64,000 bases of DNA from an uncultured Phycisphaerales bacterium (GCA_963718665.1 OY970359.1:2272001-2336000); one strand, 5' to 3'. Positions 10,184 through 19,936 are shown, counted from the first letter of the stretch. Notes: generated by a model from the sequence alone, not told the origin. Translations and numbers: made by a program.

Positions 10184-11605
10184 CTATTTGTTTGCCGGCA
10201 AAATCGTCCACGGCTGGGGGGGCAAATTCGGCAAATATCCTTTGAGTCGGCTGTACTGGGGATGCTCGGTTAGAAAATCCACCGAGTTGAAATCCCTGTC
10301 GCAGGAGCTGCCCCATTTGGCCCATAGCTGCCAGTTCTTAGCCATTTTGGAATCGACAACCTTGCCGTCGATTGCACCACTGGGTCTATATGGTCCTCCG
10401 CTTGCCGGCACGGAACCATCGTCCAGCTCAGAGTGCCCGCATATGGTCCTCGATGACCGGTTTTCTTTTTTCAGGTAAACGTCATAATGGTCAGCCAGCA
10501 GAGTTTTGGCGATATCTGCGGTTATCCTGCCGTAATTTTCCTTCATAAGCTGTTCCCAGCGGACCCGCCTTGAAACGCATGGATTTCTTACATCGTCATA
10601 AGTAGCGCTTGTTTCTTTCCTTAAAATCTTTAGGTCCTCCGCGACGTTTGAGCCGGTGAAGTACCCATTGGTTTTTTTCTCGAGGTTATGATATTTCAGT
10701 CCAAGCTCCAGCCGGGCGATTTCGCCTGTATTTATATCACCGATTAACCATGAGTTGGCGTAGGCGCCGCTGTTTTTGTCAATCATTATCTTTGCCCACT
10801 CATTGATGTCACCGGCATACTGCATTGCCTTTCTTGCCCGCTCAAAAACGGGCGTGCCTTTGGCGTCAAATCCCTTGAAGCCGCCGATGGTGGTCTCAGT
10901 GCCAATCAGGCCCGCTGAGGTTATAAAAAAATCCGTCGCGCTGTATATGCAGGGCCCCCACGTCTGCATCAGTATGCGATTACCCTTCTGGGGGATGATA
11001 TCCACGATAATATTACAGAACTGCAGTTCCGTATACGAGGCCCATGAGTCGTGCGCCATCACTATGGAGCCATCTGCTGTGGCATCCCCTGTGGCTATAA
11101 ACGCGCTGCAGCCGGGGCCATCGCTGCGAATTTTATCTTTCTTCTGTGGATACCAGTACCACGCTATATCAATGAACCCGTTCATTAAAAGCATCTGGTC
11201 GTATGTTATCTCTTTGCCTGCCGCCCGTGCCCCAGCCGTCATACCCTGCATTTCCTCGACGTATTCCTTTGATACCTTGTCCTTGAATAACCTGGCTGCT
11301 GCCTTGACGAAGAAATCCAGTTTCTCACTTGTTTCAAACTCCTGCACGTATGCAAGCGTTTTGTTAAAGTCCTCTATTTCATTTGCCGTAAGATACCCGC
11401 GCTGAAATCCTCTTTCAAATGGAGCGCCCTCGATATGCAGAAAAATCCAGCCGTTTTTGTCATACCGGTATGCCTTGCTGAGCCATTGTTTTTGCTGCGA
11501 GGCGTTTTTGACATCCCCTTGCGATACGTTTACTGGTGAACACGATTGCATTAAAAAGGCAGATAACAACAGAAGACAAGCCAGGAATCGATTGTTTGTG
11601 CCCAT
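10184..11605 (-). CDS. phospholipase B-like / C45 Ntn-hydrolase, probable lipoprotein
   Basis: Signal ending MQSC, HIEG.P.ERGFQ.G, GCSAF nucleophile site, NSG.YANSW, G..DGKV. Confidence 0.75.
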   Translation of the reverse strand: MGTNNRFLACLLLLSAFLMQSCSPVNVSQGDVKNASQQKQWLSKAYRYDKNGWIFLHIEGAPFERGFQRGYLTANEIEDFNKTLAYVQEFETSEKLDFFVKAAARLFKDKVSKEYVEEMQGMTAGARAAGKEITYDQMLLMNGFIDIAWYWYPQKKDKIRSDGPGCSAFIATGDATADGSIVMAHDSWASYTELQFCNIIVDIIPQKGNRILMQTWGPCIYSATDFFITSAGLIGTETTIGGFKGFDAKGTPVFERARKAMQYAGDINEWAKIMIDKNSGAYANSWLIGDINTGEIARLELGLKYHNLEKKTNGYFTGSNVAEDLKILRKETSATYDDVRNPCVSRRVRWEQLMKENYGRITADIAKTLLADHYDVYLKKENRSSRTICGHSELDDGSVPASGGPYRPSGAIDGKVVDSKMAKNWQLWAKWGSSCDRDFNSVDFLTEHPQYSRLKGYLPNLPPQPWTILPANK

Positions 11606-11650
11606 ACTATTTATCTCCTTTTTCTGACTGGTTCAATTTCTGTCAGGCGA

Positions 11651-12067
11651 TTATAGCTGGATGTACTCTTTGGGCTTGAAGTTTGTCTCCATTGTCCAGG
11701 TGGTTGCCTTGCCGTGTTTGAGGCAGTAAACGACGAGGACATCGTAGCCCTCCTTATCGACCCATTCTTTCAAAAACGGGAAATCCTTTACGACCTGTTT
11801 TTTGAGCTCAAGGTCTTCAATTTCTTCAACCGAGCCGGAAATACGTATCTGGCGTCCCTCCGCGGCATTGTAGAAACACAGCTCAACATTTTCATTTTTT
11901 GAAAGCTGCCTGTGCAGGTCTTTGTTCTCGCCTGTATTAAATAGAATGCCATTTTCGTCTGCCCGGTAGAGCATCATCATCCGGACGTACGGCTTATTAT
12001 CCTCAGCCGTAGCCAGCGCAAAAACAGGATTTTTTTTGATTAGCTTGAAAACCTGTTCTTTTGTCAT
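11651..12067 (-). CDS. pyridoxamine 5'-phosphate oxidase-like FMN-binding protein
   Basis: LATAEDNKPYVR, K...QL..N.NVELCF, QIRISG. Confidence 0.85.
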   Translation of the reverse strand: MTKEQVFKLIKKNPVFALATAEDNKPYVRMMMLYRADENGILFNTGENKDLHRQLSKNENVELCFYNAAEGRQIRISGSVEEIEDLELKKQVVKDFPFLKEWVDKEGYDVLVVYCLKHGKATTWTMETNFKPKEYIQL

Positions 12068-12083
12068 CGCATTATTCTCCTGA

Positions 12084-13358
12084 TTATGATTTTGCGATTC
12101 GTTCCAGTCCGCCCATATAGGGCTGCAGGACCTTCGGCACCGTAATCGAGCCGTCGGCGTTCTGGTAAAGCTCCATGATTGGTATCAGGACTCGCGGGCT
12201 TGCGATGACGGTGTTATTAAGCGTGTGGCAGAAGAGGTTTTTCTTTGTCGCGGTGTCCTTGTATCGCAGGTTCATTCGCCGGGCCTGAAACTCGTAAAAT
12301 TTGCTAGCGCTGTGGGTTTCGCAGTAATTATTCCGCGAGGGCATCCATGCCTCGATATCGTATTTTTTCGCCTGGCCTCTGCCGAGGTCGCCCGTGCAGA
12401 CCGCGACGATGCGGTAGGGCAGCTCGAGGGCTCTCATTACGACTTCCGAATTGCTTAAAATTTCCTCGTGGAATTTGTTGCTTTCCTCAACGCTGTTTTT
12501 GCAGATTACGACCTGCTCGACCTTGTCGAACTGGTGAATTCTGTAAAGGCCATAGGTGTCTTTGCCCGCGGCGCCCGCCTCGCGTCTGAAACAGGTTGAC
12601 ATCCCCGCGAACTTAATGGGCAGCTCCTTTTCTTCCAGTATCTCGCCCATTCGATAAGCGGTCAGCGGCACTTCGGCTGTCCCCGCGAGATTGACCTCGT
12701 CTTTTTCCATTCGATAGGTCTGCTCTTCCGAGCCGGGGTAATATCCTGTTCCTCGCATCGCCTCATCGCGCATCAACAGCGGCACCGACATTGGCGTATA
12801 GCCCCGCGCAATCATCACATCCATAGCGAATTGCAGCACCGCCCAGTGCAATCTCGCGCCGTCGCCCTTGAGGAAATAACTTCGTGACCCCGCTAATTTT
12901 ACTCCACGCTCAATATCGATTATTCCGAGGTCAACGCCTAATTGAACGTGGTCTTTGGGCTTGAAATCGAATTTGCGAACCTGTCCTTCTCTTCTTAATT
13001 CGACGTTTTCCGTATCGTCTTTGCCAAGTGGTACTTCGTCATCCGCGGGCTGGGCGACAAGCAGCATCAGCGAATCTGCTTGCGGCTGTAACTGTTTTAC
13101 TTTTTCTTCGAATTGCGATTCGTCGGTCTTGAATTTGGCTAATTGGGCGAGAGCGTTTTGTTTTTCGTCGCCTGTGAGTTTGGGTATTGATTTGCCGACA
13201 CGATTTTTTTCTGTGGTGATTTCCTGCAAGCCCTTTTTGGCTGAGAGCAATTCTGCGTCAATCGCCATCAGCCGGTCGATATCAACCTCGATATTTTTGT
13301 TTTTCGCCGCCTGTTTGAATCGTTGCGGGTTTTCTCTTATTTCCTTGATATCAATCAT
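12084..13358 (-). CDS. serS: serine--tRNA ligase
   Basis: N-terminal coiled coil, GTAEVP, CFRREAG, R.HQFDKVEQ, HTLNNT. Confidence 0.97.
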   Translation of the reverse strand: MIDIKEIRENPQRFKQAAKNKNIEVDIDRLMAIDAELLSAKKGLQEITTEKNRVGKSIPKLTGDEKQNALAQLAKFKTDESQFEEKVKQLQPQADSLMLLVAQPADDEVPLGKDDTENVELRREGQVRKFDFKPKDHVQLGVDLGIIDIERGVKLAGSRSYFLKGDGARLHWAVLQFAMDVMIARGYTPMSVPLLMRDEAMRGTGYYPGSEEQTYRMEKDEVNLAGTAEVPLTAYRMGEILEEKELPIKFAGMSTCFRREAGAAGKDTYGLYRIHQFDKVEQVVICKNSVEESNKFHEEILSNSEVVMRALELPYRIVAVCTGDLGRGQAKKYDIEAWMPSRNNYCETHSASKFYEFQARRMNLRYKDTATKKNLFCHTLNNTVIASPRVLIPIMELYQNADGSITVPKVLQPYMGGLERIAKS

Positions 13359-13371
13359 TGTCTTTTCGCCT

Positions 13372-14694
13372 TTAGTCCCGATATTTTTTTACAATGACGA
13401 CGTTATTTTGGCCTCCGAAGCCGAATGACTCTTTCATTGCGATATTGACCTGCATTTTTCTCGGCGTGTTAGGGACATAATCCAAATCCAGCTGCGGGTC
13501 GGGGTCGTTGAGGTTTATTGTTGCGGGCACGGTACCATCGCGGATTGCAAGGACGCAGGTAATCAGTTCCGCGCCGCCGGCCGCGCCGATTAAATGGCCC
13601 ATCGAGCTTTTGATGCTGCTGACAACTATCTGTTTGGCGTGTTCTTTGAATACGGCTTTAATTGCCTTTGTTTCTATCGAATCGTTTTCCGCGGTGCTTG
13701 TGCCGTGGGCGTTGACGTAATTTACATCTTTATAAGTTAGACCAGCGTCCGCGATAGCCGCCTCCATTGCCTGAATCGCTCCGCGTCCTTCCTCGTGCAT
13801 ATCCGTAACTCGAAACGCGTCCGAGCTGCTGCCGTAGCCGATGATTTCCGCGAGTATTTTTACGCCGCGTTTTTTCGCGGAGGTCAAGCTTTCCAGTATC
13901 ACAATCGCCGCGCCTTCGCCCAAGACGAATCCGTCCCTGCTGGCGGTGAATGGTCTCGATGCGGTCTGCGGGCTGTCGTTTCTTTTCGATAGGGCAGTGA
14001 GCCGATTAAAGCCTGTCTGTCCCAATGGGTGAATCATCGAATGTGCGCCGCCCGCAATCATAATATCGGCGTCGCCCCTGCGAATAGTCATTGTCGCTTC
14101 GCCGGTTGCCTGGGTACTTGCCGCGCAGGCGGTCAGGCAGCTTCGTATTGGTCCTCTTGCGCCGGTGAGCATCGACAAATGCGCCGCGGGCATATTCGCT
14201 TCCTGCTCCAGCTCGTGCATTGCTCTCATTTGCACCGCCGCGACGTCGGTCCACTTTGTCCAGTCCATAACATTTGTCTGGTTATCCCAGCCCGCCGCGA
14301 TTGCGCCGAAGAATGCCTCGTGATTTGCCGCACCTTCGCCCGCGCCGAGATAAATTCCGATTCGTTTGCGGTCGATACCGTCTGTCGGGTTTTCGGTTTC
14401 GACGTTTATGCCCGCTTGTCTGCACGCCTGTACTGCCGCGCCGACGGCGAATTTGCTTCCACGATTGCCGTTTTTATGCAGGTCGTGATTTTTTACGAAC
14501 TTCGCGACGTCGTAATTTTTCACTTCTGCGCTGAAAGTTGTCGGGAAGGTCGAGGCATCGAAAATAGTTGTTTTTGCGACGCCGCTTTTGCCTGCCAGGA
14601 CTGCCTGCCACATTGTTTCAATATCGTGTCCCAGCGGGCAAACTATGCCCATTCCGGTAATTACGACACGCTCTTTTTTTTCATTTTGTATCAT
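13372..14694 (-). CDS. beta-ketoacyl-ACP synthase (FabF-like), catalytic triad intact
   Basis: TACAAS (Cys), NAHGTST (His), KSSMGHL (His), SFGFGG. Confidence 0.92.
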   Translation of the reverse strand: MIQNEKKERVVITGMGIVCPLGHDIETMWQAVLAGKSGVAKTTIFDASTFPTTFSAEVKNYDVAKFVKNHDLHKNGNRGSKFAVGAAVQACRQAGINVETENPTDGIDRKRIGIYLGAGEGAANHEAFFGAIAAGWDNQTNVMDWTKWTDVAAVQMRAMHELEQEANMPAAHLSMLTGARGPIRSCLTACAASTQATGEATMTIRRGDADIMIAGGAHSMIHPLGQTGFNRLTALSKRNDSPQTASRPFTASRDGFVLGEGAAIVILESLTSAKKRGVKILAEIIGYGSSSDAFRVTDMHEEGRGAIQAMEAAIADAGLTYKDVNYVNAHGTSTAENDSIETKAIKAVFKEHAKQIVVSSIKSSMGHLIGAAGGAELITCVLAIRDGTVPATINLNDPDPQLDLDYVPNTPRKMQVNIAMKESFGFGGQNNVVIVKKYRD

Positions 14695-14698
14695 TATT

Positions 14699-16015
14699 TT
14701 AATTCTCAAATTTTTTGAGTATGACAGCGGCGGTTTGTCCGCCGTAGGTGTAGCCGCAGCACAGGGCGTAGTGAATATTCGCCTTTTGTGCCGTTGTTAC
14801 GATATTGAGATTGCAGCCGACAGCTTTTTTAACGCAGTTTTTCGCTGCTGGTATAATGCCGTCTCTCATCGCTAAAACTGTCGCGACAACATCAAGTCCG
14901 CCGCAGGCAGCGCCGGTATTGCTGAGCATACTCTTCGTAGGCCACACGGGTATTCGTTTCATCTCTTCGCCGATTGCCGACTCAATTCCTTTCGCCTCGG
15001 CGAGGTCATCCTGTAGAATACCAGTGCCGTGCGGTATTATCAAATCGATATCTTTTGGCGATATGTTCGCTTGCGAGAGCGCCTTTTCAATCGCTATCGT
15101 TAATCCATATCCATCCGGCTCGATATGCTCATACACCGAGTTAATGCAGGCGCTTTGACCTGTGCCGATCACTTCTGCGTAAATTTTTGTGCCGTGTCTG
15201 GTCGCGTTATCGAGATTTTCAAGCACGACGATTCCGCAGCCGTCGCCGAATATCGAGCCGGTTGCTCCTGAATCAAAAGGTCTGCATGCTCCTTCGGCAT
15301 CGTCGTTGTGCTGATTGGTAGTCCGTTTAATTAAGCACTGGCGCATTATCAATACGGGGTTCACTTTCGATTCCGCACCGCCTGCCAGTGCGATGTCACT
15401 ACTGCCCCGTGCGATGACCTCTGTCGCCTCGGCTATCGCGATATGTCCCGAAACTTCTGCGCAGGTGATTGTGTTGCTCGGCCCCTGTATGTCGTGAATG
15501 ATACCGACGTGGCAGGCCAGCATATTCGGCAAATACTTCAACAGCCACAGGGGCGTTACCAAGTCGAGACCATCTTTGCCCCATTTTTGAATGTCGAATT
15601 TGCCGTCGGACAAGCTTTTGGCGACAGCCGGTGCGAGCTCGCAGGGGTCGCAGCTAATCAATCCTGCGCCGATATTGATTGCCATACGCTGCGGATTGAC
15701 GTTAATTTTCTGCTCGTCGATGGCTTTTGTAATTAAGCCGCTATCCCTGACCGCCTCATCCGCGGCGATTACCGCAAGCTCAATATCCTTCGACATCAGC
15801 TTGGTCGCCTTGCGGAATGATTTGGGGACATACTGCTGGATTTTGTATTCCTCGACCTCGCCCGCCAACTGGCAGGTAAATTTCGCGGGGTCGAATTTCG
15901 TTATGCGTTTTATACCTGATTTGCCCGCGCAAAGTCCCTCCCATGTCCGGGCCGATGTCAACCCCAGCGGGCTTACCGCTCCAATTCCTGTTATCACCAC
16001 ACGGGTCCGTCCCAC
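14699..16015 (-). CDS. ketosynthase-like protein lacking the catalytic Cys (chain-length-factor-like)
   Basis: FabF fold; GPSNTITCAE aligns with GPIRSCLTAC (Cys->Glu); KSMLSN in place of KSxxGH. Confidence 0.85.
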   Translation of the reverse strand: MGRTRVVITGIGAVSPLGLTSARTWEGLCAGKSGIKRITKFDPAKFTCQLAGEVEEYKIQQYVPKSFRKATKLMSKDIELAVIAADEAVRDSGLITKAIDEQKINVNPQRMAINIGAGLISCDPCELAPAVAKSLSDGKFDIQKWGKDGLDLVTPLWLLKYLPNMLACHVGIIHDIQGPSNTITCAEVSGHIAIAEATEVIARGSSDIALAGGAESKVNPVLIMRQCLIKRTTNQHNDDAEGACRPFDSGATGSIFGDGCGIVVLENLDNATRHGTKIYAEVIGTGQSACINSVYEHIEPDGYGLTIAIEKALSQANISPKDIDLIIPHGTGILQDDLAEAKGIESAIGEEMKRIPVWPTKSMLSNTGAACGGLDVVATVLAMRDGIIPAAKNCVKKAVGCNLNIVTTAQKANIHYALCCGYTYGGQTAAVILKKFEN

Positions 16016-16027
16016 AGGGTTTGTCTC

Positions 16028-16507
16028 CTATTTGTCGGCTTTCTGGAAAACCGCTCCCTGCAGAAGCGATTTGAACATATCGGTGAACACAAAGTTCTCC
16101 TTCGGGAATTCTTTGCCCGCAAGGTTCTGGTCGATATGACTGAACATCAGGTCGATGTCGGCTATCGGTTTGTCGCCGCATGTGATTGTTCCGGTTGTGC
16201 TGGCGGCTTCAGGGGCTATCAACTCAATCTTCGCAGATAACCTCAAAGTATCACCCGGCCTGACGTAATCGTGGAAAACCGCCTTTTTTATCTTCGCCAG
16301 TATGACCTTTTCCTGGAAATTTTTCGCTTCGCCCACCAGTATGCCGGCTGTCTGCGCCATTGCTTCAATCATCAGGCATTCGGGCATAACGGGAAAGCCG
16401 GGGAAATGGTCGTGCAGATGCTCCTCGGCAAGCGTTACATTCTTTATCGAGACCGCACTCTCGCCGCTTTTGAACTCAACGAACTTATCTATCCAGATCC
16501 AACGCAT
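16028..16507 (-). CDS. FabZ-like 3-hydroxyacyl-ACP dehydratase
   Basis: KNVT..E....HFPGFPVMP..LMIEAMAQ, V.PGD. Confidence 0.9.
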   Translation of the reverse strand: MRWIWIDKFVEFKSGESAVSIKNVTLAEEHLHDHFPGFPVMPECLMIEAMAQTAGILVGEAKNFQEKVILAKIKKAVFHDYVRPGDTLRLSAKIELIAPEAASTTGTITCGDKPIADIDLMFSHIDQNLAGKEFPKENFVFTDMFKSLLQGAVFQKADK

Positions 16508-16515
16508 AGCCCGGC

Positions 16516-16544
16516 ATAATAAGACAATTTCCCCGATTTCTCAA
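16516..16544 (-). promoter_or_regulatory. sigma70 promoter for the fabZ-KS-KS-serS run, probably leaderless
   Basis: Minus strand TTGAGA-N17-TATTAT-N8-ATG; no SD. Confidence 0.6.
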
Positions 16545-16662
16545 GCAAATCTTTGTTAGCCGCTCCCTACGGTCAAGTTATGCACAAAAACAAGATTTGG
16601 AAGAAGCTGGGAGTATAGTAATCCGGGTTTTTGTGCAGAAACGGCCTCAAGGAAGATAAATC

Positions 16663-16691
16663 TTGACAGTTAAGGCCGATTTTCGTAAAAT
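16663..16691 (+). promoter_or_regulatory. sigma70 promoter of the GH9 gene
   Basis: TTGACA-N17-TAAAAT. Confidence 0.7.
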
Positions 16692-16836
16692 CATTGGTAT
16701 CACACCGGGTATCGCATGGGAAAAGTATGTTTTTTAGCCGTATAGGTGGGGTTTTTCAGTTCAGATATACCTTCCGCGGGAGCCAAAGCCGTTTACAACG
16801 AAAAGCAGTTAAAAAAACGCATAAAAGGGGCGGGTT

Positions 16837-19353
16837 ATGAAAAGAACAGCGTTAATCATTTCAGCTTTGTCATTAATAATTATTTCCACTGACGCATTCG
16901 CAGCCAAACTTGTCTGGCTCAAAGTTGTTGACAATAACTACATTATGGCCCAATTCAAAGACGGGGATGCATGTTTTTTAGACAATGCGCAGGGGCAATA
17001 TGCCTATATGGGTGATCATTTCTCGGGTTGGGATTGGGTGGTGAGTTACGGAAGCGCACTGAACTTAACAAATGCCACCGCGACCGCTAACTGGGTCATA
17101 ACATCAGCCAGTGATGCGAATTACGGCTCAACCGGCCTGAATCCGACAAACTGCTATCGTAAATCAAAACTCAATGGTGCGTCTGAAGGTAACTGGGGCA
17201 GCTACGACTGGATTTATACATATACCATGGAACACAATATTTATTTGAAATTGCCATATTCTCTTGTGCAGGGGGATAGCTATACCGTTACAATAAATGC
17301 AAATACAAATTCCGACACGCTGAGCCCGAACATTACTTTCGATATGTTCAACAGCCCATCGGAGGCGGTGCATGTAAATCTGGTTGGATATCTTAACGAT
17401 GCCAGCACAAAAGCCGTCGATTTGTATATCTGGATGGGAGACGGCGGCGCGCGTGACTACTCGTCGTTTGTCGGTAAAAAGGTTTATATATACAACGTAA
17501 ATACCGGCGCCAGCCAGCAGGTGGGAACTGTTGCGCTTTGGAAAAACAGCGGCTCGGACGTAGGAGGTTATAACCTTACGATGTCAAATGTCTGGAAAGC
17601 TGATTTTACCGGCTTTAATACTCCGGGGACATACCGCATCGCAATAGAAGGAGTGGGGTGCAGCGAAAATTTCGAGATTAAAAAATACGCTTATTTTGAG
17701 CCGTTCAGGGTCAGTACAATCGGCTATTTTTATATGCGTATCGGCCAGGAAACTAATTATCCCGGGATGCCCGTTCCCCGCCAGCCCCTTTTTATTCCCG
17801 GTGTATCGCCGGCAAGTACGATAGTTTATATAACTAATATGTCACCTCTTAACTCGAGCTGGAGTGATGGTTTTTGGGACAATCCATCCGCAATAGCCCC
17901 TTATGTGACAGGCGCCCAGAACAACAACGCCTATGGGGGACACTCCGATGCAACGGACTGGGACAGGAATCAGGGGCATATTTCAAACATTTATGACATG
18001 CTGCTGCCCTATTTTCTTACCGACGGCAATTTGAATGATGATAACCTGCAAATAGCTGAAAGCGGCAACGGCATTCCTGATATCCTGGATGAAGCAAGAA
18101 ACGAGGTTGATTTCTGGCTTAACTTGCGCGATGGAAACGGATACAGTTACGGACTTACTAATCCTACCAGCGAAACCACTCCGATTCTTTACCAGGCGGG
18201 AACCACGCCGATATCAGCATGGGCAAGTGCCGCAAACGCGGCAATGCTGGCTAATTGCTTTATGCTCGCGGGATTGAATGATTTGAGGGATACGTACACA
18301 AATGCCGCAGTAACAGCTTACAATTACGCCTCAAACCTGCCCGACCAGATGCTTAGTACAACGCTGGGTATCGGTGATGTAACAATCAGGGGCAAAGACC
18401 TGAAAATGACGGCTGCAGCGTTTCTCTACAATGTGACCGGAAATACCGCTTATGAAGACATGGTCAATTCACTGAGCGAAGTTACATCAAGCACCTCGAC
18501 GATATGTAATGATTCGAGTTATGATCAACTTTGGGCAACTGCCGCCTATCTCAAAACCAAACAAACTGTTCATTATCCGACTTTATTCAGCAATATGAAG
18601 GCATCCATTATTAATGAAGCTAAAAATCAGGAAGCAAATTATTCTAACTCCCGGCCAACGCGCAGGGCTACGGACAATAACACAGGATACTTTAAGACCG
18701 AACAGAACGTGCAAAGGTGTATAGTTGCCCATGCGGTTGCCGACAGTAATTCGGATAAAACATTATTCGAAAATGCGATGGTACTGGAAGCTGACTGGGA
18801 GCTTGGGCGCAATTCCATGAATAGGATTATAATGACTACCGCCTGTACTAACCTGGCAAGCAAGCGAAGTATTGAAAATATGTACACTACCGGCAGAAAT
18901 GACGGCTACCCCGGTCTGCACCCCGGACATACACCCTATTTGAATACCGACGACTGGGATTCTTCGAGTACAGGTATGACTGGGAATAAGCCGAGCAGGT
19001 TGACTGCTCTATGTTACCCCGCTTACGGGACGACGTCCACTACCGGCTGGCCGAAAGCGGAAGGTTATTTCAATGATAGATATGTATGGGCCCATTCGGA
19101 ATTTACGCCGCAACAGACGATGCGGGGCAAAGCGGCCCTCTACGGCTATTTGTATGGTTTATATAAACTACGCGCTGATTTTGACGGCGATTCAAACGTG
19201 GACATGGCGGATTTGGCTGTCTTTGCCAGTTCCTGGTTAAAAGTCCCCGGCAATGCGGGCTACGATTCGCGTGCAAATCTTTACGTGGATTCGTCCGGCA
19301 TAGTGGACTTGCGTGATTTTGCTGTCTTCGCGAATGAATGGGGCGGAAACTAG
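16837..19353 (+). CDS. secreted glycoside hydrolase family 9 with Ig-like N-domain and dockerin-like C-terminus
   Basis: Signal peptide, VHVNLVGY, GGHSDATDWD, ESGNGIPDILDEA, LGRN, SEFT; C-terminal duplicated ADFDGDSNVDMADL / DSSGIVDLRDF. Confidence 0.85.
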   Translation: MKRTALIISALSLIIISTDAFAAKLVWLKVVDNNYIMAQFKDGDACFLDNAQGQYAYMGDHFSGWDWVVSYGSALNLTNATATANWVITSASDANYGSTGLNPTNCYRKSKLNGASEGNWGSYDWIYTYTMEHNIYLKLPYSLVQGDSYTVTINANTNSDTLSPNITFDMFNSPSEAVHVNLVGYLNDASTKAVDLYIWMGDGGARDYSSFVGKKVYIYNVNTGASQQVGTVALWKNSGSDVGGYNLTMSNVWKADFTGFNTPGTYRIAIEGVGCSENFEIKKYAYFEPFRVSTIGYFYMRIGQETNYPGMPVPRQPLFIPGVSPASTIVYITNMSPLNSSWSDGFWDNPSAIAPYVTGAQNNNAYGGHSDATDWDRNQGHISNIYDMLLPYFLTDGNLNDDNLQIAESGNGIPDILDEARNEVDFWLNLRDGNGYSYGLTNPTSETTPILYQAGTTPISAWASAANAAMLANCFMLAGLNDLRDTYTNAAVTAYNYASNLPDQMLSTTLGIGDVTIRGKDLKMTAAAFLYNVTGNTAYEDMVNSLSEVTSSTSTICNDSSYDQLWATAAYLKTKQTVHYPTLFSNMKASIINEAKNQEANYSNSRPTRRATDNNTGYFKTEQNVQRCIVAHAVADSNSDKTLFENAMVLEADWELGRNSMNRIIMTTACTNLASKRSIENMYTTGRNDGYPGLHPGHTPYLNTDDWDSSSTGMTGNKPSRLTALCYPAYGTTSTTGWPKAEGYFNDRYVWAHSEFTPQQTMRGKAALYGYLYGLYKLRADFDGDSNVDMADLAVFASSWLKVPGNAGYDSRANLYVDSSGIVDLRDFAVFANEWGGN

Positions 19354-19456
19354 GGACAGATATCTATTGTTAATATTGTGCTTTTGCGCAGCCCTACAGC
19401 GTCTTGTTTTGCGTAGCGAAGCAATGACGTTTTGCGATTTGCTTATAATTAAGACA

Positions 19457-19489
19457 ATCGGCAGGATTGCTCAGGCAAAACCTGCCGAT
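19457..19489. terminator. hairpin between the convergent GH9 and ACP genes
   Basis: ATCGGCAGG...CCTGCCGAT 9-bp stem with inner TTGC/GCAA pairing. Confidence 0.5.
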
Positions 19490-19515
19490 AAGGTTCAAAA
19501 ACAAGTGTTTACGTA

Positions 19516-19911
19516 TTAAGCTGCCTTCAGCTTGCTCTGGACGTAGTTGACAATCATACCCACTGTGAACAAATCGGGTAATTTGCTCAGTTCCGGGTTT
19601 TTCGCGAATTCGCTGACGTCGGTATGCGGCATTTTGGCCTTTAGTTCAGCGACGCCCTTGGCGGTCAGTTTGCCGTTACTTACAAACTCGGGGTTATTCA
19701 TCAGCGTTTCTGCAGGGAACAATTCTTCTCTTGCGATTTTAATTCCGAATGCCTTTTCCAGGCGGAACACTATATCGAGAAAATCGATACTCTCCGCTCC
19801 CAGGTCGCCCATCAGCGTTGCTTCGGGCTTTACCTCGTCGTCATCGACTCCGAGGGCGTCAACCATCACTGTCTTAACCTGTTCCAAAACCTGCTCTCTG
19901 TCCATAGCCAT
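19516..19911 (-). CDS. long acyl carrier protein (131 aa)
   Basis: DLGAESIDFLDIVFRLEKAFGIKI with phosphopantetheine Ser; extra segment before the final TV..IV.YV helix. Confidence 0.9.
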   Translation of the reverse strand: MAMDREQVLEQVKTVMVDALGVDDDEVKPEATLMGDLGAESIDFLDIVFRLEKAFGIKIAREELFPAETLMNNPEFVSNGKLTAKGVAELKAKMPHTDVSEFAKNPELSKLPDLFTVGMIVNYVQSKLKAA

Positions 19912-19936
19912 ATCAACTTATCTCCTAACTGTTGCT

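Noticed and set aside
12084..13358. serS next to ACP/KS genes as an amino acid:carrier-protein ligase
   Set aside because: It has the full N-terminal tRNA-binding coiled coil and canonical motifs, so it is an ordinary SerRS.
16692..16836. Riboswitch in the long GH9 leader
   Set aside because: I could not match any riboswitch consensus or convincing stem set by eye; an Rfam scan would settle it.
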